Source: Massalongia carnosa
Lineage: Eukaryota
Reading direction: 5' to 3'
Assembly (NCBI GenBank): GCA_965645245.1
Contig: OZ287084.1
Location: 744,001 to 808,000 of the forward strand
Length of the DNA stretch: 64,000 bases
The translations under genes and the position numbers were made by a program. Positions 26,492 through 37,198 of the stretch are shown here, in pieces; positions within the stretch are counted from its first letter, which is position 1; every line of letters starts with the position of its first letter. The notes beneath the pieces were generated by a model. The model worked only from the letters and a program-made list of their open reading frames with translations, was not told the origin of the DNA and did not search any database.

Positions 26492-27385
26492 TCACCGCCC
26501 AAACCTCCTTCCTTCCCTCCTCATCCCCGCCAACGCAGGACTCCACACCCCCGCGAACAGATCCTCGCACTCCTCCTCGTCCTGGCTGTCAAACTCCACC
26601 TCCTCACCCCCTCCCCACCTGTCTCCCCCCAACCACCCATCCCCCACCGGCAGCCCCTGGCCCGGCCCCAACCCTGACCCTGGCCCTCCCTCCTCCTCAA
26701 GCCCAAACTCCCATCCACTCTGCGCGCAAACACGCTTCGCCTCCAAAATGAACTTGCCCACTTTGTACTGCTGCGCCTCCTCCTCCGCGCCCTCGTATTT
26801 CCACCCCACCACCGCCTCGCACCCACGACAGCTCACGTCCCGCACCGTGTGCAGGCCCGTGACAAGCTGGCGCGGGACAGGCGTGTGGGCGCGCGTGTTG
26901 GGCAGGTCGTCCCCTCCTGGCCATGGCTGCCGTGGGGATTGCCGCGAAGGAAGAAGTGGAGACGGAGGAACTGCGGGCGCAGTCATGATGGGGGTGGCGA
27001 GGGTGGTGGGAGTGGTGGGGGATGTAGAGGCTGATTTTTCACGCAGATGGGACGGAGGGACAGGAAATGGCAGGGCGGAGGGAGAAACCAGATAGGCGCG
27101 GCCGTGGCGACCGGTGAAGCCCTTGCTGATGATCTGCGAGCTGAGGCAGAGAGCGGCAGCGCAGCGCACGCAGCGGAGCTGCGAGATATGCCCTTGAAGG
27201 TAGGGGTCTGAGTCTGAGGCTAGGGTTGGTGGCGCGTCTCGTTCCATTTCGCTAGAGACGAGGTTGAAGGGGGTCTTGGTAATGGTAGTGGTAGTGGTGA
27301 GGGAGGATGGGGGAGAATAGCGATGGCGATGACGGCGGAAAGGCAGGGAAGGAAGTAAGTAGACTGGAAAGAAGGGAAGGGACAT
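26492..27385 (-). CDS. Yippee/Moh1-family zinc-binding protein
   Basis: Motifs LRCVRC, IISKGFTGRHGRAYLV, RQLVTGLHTVRDVSCRGC..VGWKY..A.EEAQQYKVGKFILE. The start is uncertain. Confidence 0.88.
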   Translation of the reverse strand: MSLPFFPVYLLPSLPFRRHRHRYSPPSSLTTTTTITKTPFNLVSSEMERDAPPTLASDSDPYLQGHISQLRCVRCAAALCLSSQIISKGFTGRHGRAYLVSPSALPFPVPPSHLREKSASTSPTTPTTLATPIMTAPAVPPSPLLPSRQSPRQPWPGGDDLPNTRAHTPVPRQLVTGLHTVRDVSCRGCEAVVGWKYEGAEEEAQQYKVGKFILEAKRVCAQSGWEFGLEEEGGPGSGLGPGQGLPVGDGWLGGDRWGGGEEVEFDSQDEEECEDLFAGVWSPALAGMRREGRRFGR

Positions 27386-28229
27386 TGTGGGGCTTCCGTG
27401 AAGGGGGCTTGCTGGCGTCCGAAGGTTTAGAGGGGGGTGATAAGTGGGCGTTGGGGCATTGTTGGCGGAATTAGGTGAGATTGAGGATGTTTGGATGGAT
27501 AGGGTAATTCACATAACTACCTAGGTGGGTAGTTGAAGTTTGGAGCGTTGTAGAGTTCGCGAGGGAGGTTTACATACGTATCGGGTGCGGGGAGTCAAGT
27601 GATCGGCCGCGGTCAGTCGGGTCTATGATAAAGCTACGAAGTACTTTGCGCGAGACTACAGCTTCGGGTTACTAAGGCTAATCAGTTAGCCACGTCCAGC
27701 CGAGCTGACACCAGTATTCTTACCCGGTACTCGGTACTTCGTACTCGTGGTGCGCTTGCTTTTCTGCATTTTGGCAACAATACGCAACAGACACCATAGC
27801 GAGCTATGCTCGGCAGATCAACCCCTTTTTACAACACCAGGAACAGCCAGAGCTGGCGATAGAAGAGCCTCACGATATGAATGGAATTTCTCCCGTAGTT
27901 ATGCTATGGAGGTAGGTAGGTATTTACAAAAATGGCCGAAGCGGCCAACCTCCCGAAAGTGCGCCCTCCATGGTCCTCCCCAGTGCAACCAAATGATTAG
28001 ATAATTCCAACCACCTTGACAATCAAAAGTAAGGCCAAAAGATCCGGGCTCAGACCCTGGGGTATCGTGAATGCGTCGGCGCCGTCCATGCTAATGCTGT
28101 GCAGTAGTTCCTCCCACCTGATTGACTCCTAGTCCTATACGCCTAAAATTCTAAAATTTCTTCCGTCGTCTATTCTTCGTACAATTGTGCTTGCGCGCTC
28201 CGGCTCAGACCCCTGTCCAATGCCCAGTG

Positions 28230-30296
28230 TTAAATCTCGCGGTAATCTGTGGGTCGGTTTACATTACGCCTAGCCTGATGCCGGTGTGGGTTGACTGGCA
28301 TGCGGAAGTAGGCACTATCTTCTTCGTTCACAGTGCTGGCCCGGAAGGTGTTGCGCTGTTGATTGCTAAAATTCCCCATACCTCGGTTGTGCTGGTTCAT
28401 CCCCATGCCATTGTTGTTAATTTGCATGTAAGGGTTCTGCTGGCCGTAATTTCCGTTTGGCATCGCTCCAGTTGGATAACCGAGGTTAGAAAAGTTTGGA
28501 TGTTGATGAGGGTACCCTGCTGCCCAGGCGTTGTTGACGTTCATGTCCATTCCAGCCGCAAACGCGCCATTCGGCATCATCATCATGGCGTTCCAAAACG
28601 TTTGCTCCGTAGAACCCGGAAGTCCCATATAACCGTTCGTGTTTGGAAATGGCAAGGTATTCATTCCTTGCGGCATTGTGAAGTTACCGTTGACAACTGG
28701 GTTTTGCTGCTGGACGGACCCGTTTGAAGCAGCCCCTGCCCATTGACCCGAGGGCACTGGAGGCCAGACGCCGGTCGAACGCTGCTCGGGACCCGGTCCA
28801 GTCCGGTCGTTTTGGATGTCAGTCTCAGCTAGCCGTTTCTTGCTCAAACTTGAGGTGTTCGGGTTTCCGGCAGGTGTCAGTACCACCGTGGATGGTTTGC
28901 TAGCTGAACGAGACTCCACCTCCTTCGGCGAAGAAGAATTAGCCTGTTCGGAGGGAGAGGCTTCCTTTTCTCGAATTGCTTCCGCTTTTTCATCATCGAA
29001 ATTTTTGATTTTGGCGATGGTCTCAATGTCAGGAGCTAGGTCATCAATCAGAATGTTTTCGGTAGAACATTGAGGGCATCGCAAATCGTTCTCAAGCAAA
29101 GAGTTGGTGATACAGTCTTGGCAGTATGTGGTACCACAGCAGGGGGTTTTCATAGGATTAGAGAAAATGTGGGTGTCCATTGGGCACAATAGACCATTTT
29201 CCTGCAGTTTCTTGTTTTCAAGATCGATAGCTGCCTGCGCTGCAGCCGAAATCTTTGCCTTGGCTTGAAATTTTTCCCAGGACGCATTGTCGGGCTCGGC
29301 TACCACCCAGTCCCCTTCCGCATTCACCATCACTCCAGCAGGACGCTTTAGTTTCTCCACAGTTCCGTCCTGATTCAAAGAAGTTGGCTTTTCAATAGTC
29401 CTAAGAAAAGACCTGGGAATGCCCGTCGTCCGTTTGATTTTGGGGCGATCATCAAAGCTGGGATCATCATTAGTGGGGCATACATTTATCCAATGGCCTA
29501 GATTAAAGAAAAGAAAAAAAGTCAGCAAGATCCATGAATCCGCGTCATCTATACATACCTTTTTCACCGCAGCGGTAGCATACATAACTGGAGGGAGGGG
29601 CCCTATCGGGAACGTTGGCTGTTTTTCCTCTCATTGAACCATTACGGTGTACTGGAGTTGCTCTTGTAGCGAGTTATGTCAGCAATAAGTCTTTATGCTA
29701 TTGACAGCTTTGTAGCTGTTTGTGCCTAACTATACACAGGGATTGGAACTCACTTAGCCATCTCTTTTTGCTGCTCCTCCCATTGATCAGCTCCCATCTT
29801 GAGTACAGCCGCCATTTTCTGTTCCTCCGTGAGAGTATCATCCTGGGCTGGCAGAACCGTGGGCGTGTTTGTTACTTTTCCTTTAGAGACAACTTTGGTC
29901 TTCGTAGGCTCGGCTCGGTGGGAATTTTTCGAGTTCTGTGGCATTTTACCAGAGACATATCTGGCAGCACCACCCCGTCCTGGTCTCACAGCAGGAAGTC
30001 TTCTCGCAATAACCGTAGTCGAGCGAGAAATTAGGGCTGTATCATCCTCGTACTCTAATAGATATTAGTCAAAGCTCCACTTGTAGATTGATTCGGTGCT
30101 TTGGCCAAGCGCTGCAAAACTTACCCTCATCGTCGTCATCGGAGGAGATCTTGAGTTCGAAGTCGTTGCCATTCCCAAGTCCGCTCTGCAGGATTATTTC
30201 GCGTTTGAGTTCAAAGACCGATATACTCGTCCCGTCAAAAACAATTCGTGAGGGATCCTTTTGCGATTTGAATCGAAAAAATACACAGGAAGACAT
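28230..30296 (-). CDS. MPE1: Mpe1/RBBP6-family cleavage and polyadenylation factor (DWNN, zinc knuckle, RING-like)
   Basis: MSSCVFFRFKSQK..SVFELKREII DWNN domain, CYRCGEK|GHWINVCP knuckle across an intron, IKRTTGIPRSFL, KTPCCGTTYCQDCI...CPQC. Four exons. Confidence 0.92.
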
Positions 30297-33248
30297 GATG
30301 TTTAACGACTTTACACAGAAAAACTTAAGGGCGTTGAAAATAATGAGCTGATAGAGCTGTAAGTATAAGCTTTGGAAAGCTGTCAGCGACAAAGGTAAGG
30401 GTCGTCGTGGATGATATGCGCGTGCGTGTAACTGTATCTTGATTCTGCTTAGCACTAACAAGTTCTGCCGTAGGATGACAGTCTCAATCTCAGAAATCTA
30501 GATGAAAGGTGAAGAACTGGTCAAGCTGATGTTCATGACCAAATCGAAAAACTTTCCAATTCTTGGTAGCACTGAAGGTAGTCTTGAACTAGGCGCTGAC
30601 GAGTACAGGACAATGCATGAAGTAACACTGATACTGATTACAAGAAGGTTGGCTTGATTATACACGAAAAGAAAGCCGTCGAGAAAGAGATCGATCACAA
30701 GCACCCCGAATCTCAAGCATGCAATACAGGTGAATGCCAGTCCCTAAAATCTCCTTCTCCACTTTATGTCCCAGTATGCAACAAAAGCCTTGAACAAAAA
30801 TTTGGCGCTCAGGTATTGACACTGCTAGGTTCTGCGTTTGTCGGCACGGTTGGAAATTATCCAGAGGCTGCAGGACTCCAACAAATATACCCTTAAAGCG
30901 ACGTCAGGCAAGGCGGAGGGCGTTAAACTTAGAGCGATTGCGACTTGAATGTTCCACACCAGAAGGAGGCACAAAAGTATGGAGTAGATCTCTAAAGTGG
31001 GTGCAGTGTGGGCAGTAATGTTGGTTAAGTTAAGAAAGTCGTTTGTTGTGGGGAAGGAAGAGGATGAAAGAGAGACGAAGGTGGTTGGGAAGAAAGAAAG
31101 ATAAAGGTGTTAATGTAAGCATATATATTACGACTAACATTAGAAAACTGGTAATATTCTTTATTTAGTAAGGTAGGATGAATTTTTGCAAACGGGTTAA
31201 ACTAATACAAATTAGGCTAGTTTAGCCACTAAGCTAGAATTCATGTCATTTACAGTAGTTTGACAAAGCTTCATTCGGCTCCGATGACTGTTTAGATGGA
31301 TCCAGGAAGGAAGCAGACTTTTGATTGATTTGTTCAGTAAGTGTATGCATCCTAAGGATATACTTATGATCGTTCATTTAAGTGCGGAGTACCTAAGGTA
31401 GGTAGTGGAAATCTAACATTTAGGATAAAACCTCTGCCTTGGATTTCTCAACCTTCCTACCACACGGTACATATGTCTAGATCTTAAACTACTCGAGAAT
31501 CTTATGGACTTGATGAACTCAATATATGAAGACGTTCAGAACCGTAGCCTAAGCTTCTCTGTGTTTACTGCTATGTCTTTTGTATTCAAATGAAGAGAAA
31601 GAAAGAAAGAGAGTCGATCGAAGGCGAATCGTTGGTGTCTTTGTGATCATCAACGTAGTCGATAATAGTCAAATTTAAGGCTACATGCGTGGCCCTAGGC
31701 CTTCGTTCGATGTGTTGCCCGTTAGGTACTAAAATGGGATGTAAGAGGTCAGATATTTGCCCACCTCCGAGGTGTTGATAGATAGCCTGCACCACATGGA
31801 GGTTTCTAATCCGGCATGGCGATGGAAAAGACTGAGCCAGAGTATCTGGGTTATCAGATTTTCAAATTGCTACTTAAGAGGGTTGGTTTTGTTCAGTGCT
31901 AGCCAGCCATACAACCAAAAATCAACTATTCTACATACATCGGGGTTTTTTTCAACAATTCCTTCATGATCACCATCCATCTTTTGTGACTATTCATTCA
32001 CCTAGTCATGAGCATCTTTCTATGCGCTTTTAACTGTCTAGCCACCTTGGTGAGAGCCGTACAATAGCGCTTTTCCCATGCGACCCCTCGTTCTTTCTCT
32101 CTCTCCTCCTCTACCTCCTCCCTGTCTCGAACCATTGAACGGGCCTCTCCAACAGTAAGTGTCGTATAAATGAAGCTGTGGAAGCGTGGCCATTCCGAAT
32201 GAATGGGCTTTGTATGCCTTCGAAGTGGTGAATGATCAGTAGAGACGTTGATCATTCAAACGGCCACCAAGATGGGCTTCCGCGTTGGCGATGATCAGAT
32301 ATTAGCCATCTCCGAGGAGGTGTTGATAGTCTGCACCACGTAGAGGTTTCTGGAGGCCGCTTCTTGCTCAGAGGATAGGAGCGAATTGTGCTGCTTCATA
32401 TATAATTTTCATTTCTCCTCTCAACGGTCCACTTCATTAAGTTTCCATTATTTCATGTAGATCATGTAGTAAGTACCAAGGTGACGAGGGAGTCTCGAGC
32501 ATCTTGCCTATGAAAACCAAAAATTTTGATGAAACTTGTATAAAATATTCCGAGGCCCCTGCACAGTGGATAGCTTTCCATTGCCAAGATTGTGATCTGG
32601 GAGGGGAAATACCTTTATTAAGTGATAAATGGCGAAGTTAAATGATTAAGCTATCTCTTTCTTCAGCTAAGATAGAATCCAATGATGTTATTTTACACTA
32701 TGAAACCACTATCAAAGAACATATTTCATTAATATACGCCAAAAAAAAATCCCTTGGCAACGAAGATAGACGGTCCGAAGGTGCTGATTGACTGCTTGCA
32801 GCACGAATCAGAGCCCTATTATTACTCGCTCTCTGTCGTGCCTTATTTTCAAAGCTTCTGGAAGGGAGAGAAAGTAAGAAAGTAAGAAATCGAGTTTAAG
32901 CCCAATAAGGGTTGGCGAGCTTTTTTCAGTTGCTTGGCTTGATTTGGTAGAGAAAAAATGGCCCCTATCTGGTTCATACGAAGTACTTCGAAGCATCACA
33001 TTCAAAAATACCTGCCATTGGTAGCAAATCAAAGTATGTCATGCATAAGCGAAGATTTTAGAGATCAATAGTATTTATTCTTAAGCTCAGCATGAGCGTT
33101 GAGGCGGAAATACCTAAGAGATAATATAAAGTTATCAGTTCAGATAAGAAATTAGGGATCCATAACCGACCAAGCAATCGCGACAATTAAAAAGTCAGAA
33201 AAACTCCCCTCTCGATGTCTAATGTTGTTTTCAAGTACAATGAATGGG

Positions 33249-35031
33249 TCAGAGATCGACTTCAAATTGCCTGACAAGGAACCCTTGGCTTAATAACTCA
33301 TCCTTGACGTTTTTCACTGTATACTCACCACGATGAAACTAAGGAGATCGTTAGCCTTGTTTATATGAGAAGGGTTTCCAGGAGAGATTGTACCATGCCT
33401 GCCCCCAGGGCAGCATCTGTACTTGTCTGGCCAAAAACATCCTTGAAGTGAGCAGGATTACCGGCACCACTTGATGATATGACTGGAATCTTGATCGAAG
33501 CTTTAACATCATTAATGAGTTCCAAGTCGAAACCGCTGTTGCTTCCGTCCTTATCGATGCAGTTGAGTAAAATTTCCCCAGCGCCCATAGCCTCAACCGC
33601 CACAACCAACTGACGGACATCAATATCCCTACCTTCTCGGCCCCCTTTCACTGTGCATTGGTACCAGCAATATGCTTCATTTGAAGGTCCTAGGGATTTG
33701 GTTTTGATTGTGTGATGGCTTGTATCTTGTGGCGATTGGACATATATCCGTTTGGGATCGACGCTAACAACAACCGCCTGGTTACCATACGCCGCAGATA
33801 TAGTTTCTATGGCTGTCATTCCTGTTAGGATCTTTCCGTTCTCATAATAGGCTGCGGCAGCTGTAACAGCCTCCGAGCCAATGCTGACCTTGTCGGCCCC
33901 AGATTTGAAGTACATTGTAGCAATCTCCAGAGCAGAGACTTTTCTACCATCGGTATCAACAGTATCGCGTATTCCACCTCCTATTGTCAATGGCACGAAG
34001 ACATTCTCAGATGTTCGGCGCAAAATCTCGAGCATAGGAAGATCTGCCAAGGGACAACTGCGGAAAGATGTTATATTTAGGAATGTAACCTCATCCGCAC
34101 CTTGTTCGTAATATTTTTGGGCCATATCAACAGGCTTGCCTAGGTTTCTTACTTGTCCCCCAGCAGAAGAATTGCTTCTTTCTCTGACTTCATATTGGTC
34201 ACCTTTGGTAACGACCAGGTCTCCTTGATCGTTTGAGCGAACGTCAAGGCAAGCTATTATCCGTCGAGTTAATCCTTGGCTGGCTTCTTCCGAGCCAGCC
34301 GAACTAAAAGATTCCCACTCTTGACCTTTGAGAAAGGCTTGCAAAACTCTTAAGCCCGCAACCCCACTCTTCTCCGGATGAAACTGAGTTGCGAATATGT
34401 TTTTCCGTCCTATTGCGCCTACAAATTCCTCTTCGCCATGTTTTGCAACAGCAACAGTCCAACCATCTTTTTCTAATCGGCCCTTTTCGTATGGTACGGC
34501 AAAGGAGTGGACGTAATAATACTTGCTGTTGTTTCGTAACCCGTAGAGACTTTGATGTTGGTTGGAGGATTTTCCTGAAGTAATTGCTGAATTCCACCCG
34601 ATATGTGGAACGCTCTTATCGGCATCAGTGAACCTTTTCAGACTTCCCGGGATTATACCAAAGCCCGATACACTCGGGTTTTCAGTGGAACCTTCGAATA
34701 ATGCTTGTAAGCCAACACATATGCCCATAAAAGGCTTGCCGGCCTTAATATGTTTACGGATTGGCTCGAGGTAACCTCCATTGGAGAACTGCGTAAGACA
34801 ATGTCCAAAATGACCAACCCCGGGAAGGATAAGATTCTGAAATCAATGATTAATATCACTTAGTTGAAACTTTGCTATGTCATGATTCGCATAGCGCCAT
34901 GTACTCACCTCGGCTTTCTCTATATCATTTGGGGCATTGATCCACTCAATGGTATAGCCAAGCTTTTCAATTGCATTTGCAAGAGAACGTACATTCCCCG
35001 CGACATAATCGAGAAGGTGAACTGTGGGCAT
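33249..35031 (-). CDS. HIS7: Imidazole glycerol phosphate synthase HisHF
   Basis: Motifs [57 protein letters not shown]. Introns at approx. 34837-34908 and 33339-33393. Confidence 0.96.
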
Positions 35032-35363
35032 ATCTTCGCATACTGTAATTACTCCGTCTCTCAATTTCACCACTTAGCGCGATTCACAAACCCACGGAGA
35101 CGCAAGCGAGGTACGCAAATCAACCCAGAAATTGGTAGTTAACTTCACCTTCGCCCTCAACTTAGTCTCACGAACCTATTCTGTTATAGAGGATGTGATT
35201 ACAAATTCTTCGTTATTGTAGGACGAGCGAAGCAGGGCACGCAGTTTACTACGTCAAATAAAGTTAGCTACTCTCGTAGGGAACCTGAGTATGCCAGTCC
35301 GATCGCATTTCGAAAGATTTATGTAGATTACATGCTTTATGGTTGTAGCTTGATGTTCAAATC

Positions 35364-36727
35364 CTAACAATTGCGCGTGATAAAGCTACTCAAGCCAAAA
35401 AAGTCCTTTACGAGGCTTGAGTTTTGTTGCATTAGCTTTCTACTAGTCGATTTGAAACATGGGAAACTCACTTGACAGAATTGCCGAAGTTTTACACCTC
35501 CCTCCTTGAAAACGGTTGCAGCCTTGTTATATCAGTCATGTAAGCTAAATAGATCTGATTGTAAGTTTACCTCTTGATCCATCCCATATCTTTGTGAGTA
35601 TACTACTTCAGAAATGCCGACTTGGGTGATCTTGATGCTACACGTTAAACACGGACATCTGCAACGAGATTTCAGTCACTGAGTATCTAGACTCGGAAAG
35701 TAACTCACGTGTCACAATACAATATTGAGCCTTCCCTAATGCGTTCCCGACCTGCCTCGAGGAGGGCATTTTCTTCGGCGTGAATACATAGACAGGTCGC
35801 AAGGCTAACGCCCACCGCAGCCCCAGCGTTACATCGGGCACCTTATAGATATTAGGAGAGGATGTACGAGAGAATACCCTGAAGATAACTCACAGCCACC
35901 TTCATTGCAATTCTTCAGGTTTCTCGGAGTTCCGTTATAACCTGTACTAATAACTCTTTTCTCTCGAACAAGTACACACCCAACACGTCGCTTCATACAG
36001 TTACTTCTTCGGGCGGCTAAGAAAGCCAGTTGCATGAAGTATTGATCCCACCCAGGACGCAGGCGTTCGCCATCTAGTAGATCCAAGTCTTCCAAAGTTG
36101 CATATAGCCTTTCCAACGAAGACGTCTGGTTGACTAGACGAAGTTCTGCACGGTCTATCAAACACGCTAGACCGGATCTCTCGTTATAGAGGTGGTGATC
36201 GTTTCGAAAAACAAATTCTTCGAGCGTGGGAGGGGTTTGCTTATGTATATCACATCTATATAGTACATTAGCAATTGCGCGTCGCACAACAAACAAAAAT
36301 GTAGGTTAACCGTTCTTTGAACCGCTTCCATCGCAAGCTCACCGGTGCGTCAACGCTGAGAAGGATAAATAACGGTCTACGAAGCAGATTCTCGAGCACC
36401 TCCTCATCCCATACATCTGTTGTTACCCAACGGCGTTCCCATTGTTTAGTAATAAAGTCAAGCAGCAAGTCCACCGTGCGGAATGATCTCGCTTCATTAT
36501 CAATCTCATCGTGTACTACATCTTGAATCCGATTGAGAGTATCGTTTGGAAGTTCAGGCTCTGCGGGATGTTTGAGATACAACTGACAAAAGCCTTGATT
36601 ATTTGTAAGATAGTCCGCAATGGATTGCTTCCCAGCGCATATTCCTACTCAATAAATTAGCCTCTTGTAACTCTAATATGGAAGACGATAGGAGTGCTAT
36701 CTAACCTCCACACAAGCCTATCAGCAT
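35364..36727 (-). CDS. DCD1: dCMP deaminase (N-terminal P-loop-like domain + deaminase domain)
   Basis: MLIGLCGGICAGK, RPGWDQYFMQLA, RSNCMKRRVG, TGYNGTPR, HAEENAL, CPCLTC across several short introns. Apparent 1-nt deletion near 35490 (see findings). Confidence 0.9.
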
Positions 36728-36938
36728 ACCAGCTATTCTGTCAAGTGAAAGTAACTAAGCCAAATACTACATAAGGCATTGAACTCACACGAAGAAAGAA
36801 AAGCCTGATATGGGAACGTTAGTGGCCAATATATAGATATAAATTCTGCTTATGTACGAGTATGTACAATACCTAATTAAGTTAGTTCCAAGCACGTTTC
36901 CTACAGAAGGGCACTAGCCACACTCTTCGACTGCTATG

Positions 36939-37009
36939 ACGCGTGACCTGGTCATGTCGCCTGGCGCGTGAGCGCGTCAGAATCGGCGTTTAGGCACGGA
37001 GTACTCCGT
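36939..37009. promoter_or_regulatory. MCB-like ACGCGT, CGCG cores and a 14-bp palindrome in the DCD1 / ATG7 divergent promoter
   Basis: ACGCGT at 36939-36944, GCGCGT twice at approx. 36964-36977, and the perfect palindrome ACGGAGTACTCCGT at 36996-37009. Confidence 0.45.
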
Positions 37010-37198
37010 AGTATCGCTCCCATTCGGGGGTTCAGCCCTACTAGGTAGATATCCCTTAAAGAGTCGATAGTGCTACACAGTGAATTGCAAGGCATGTAAA
37101 TATCATGCCCAGGAAACATCGATGCTGGTCTTCAAGAAACTGTAACGTCAGTGTAAAAAAAGGGTTGTCTCCTTAACTTACTCCTCGAAAGCCTTACC

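Noticed and set aside
26211..26570. ORFs with repeated CLSV peptides
   Set aside because: They are translations of the (GACA)13 microsatellite.
35350..35366. GTTCAAATCC resembling a tRNA T-loop or B-box
   Set aside because: No cloverleaf or A-box can be built around it. No tRNA or rRNA was recognised anywhere in the window.
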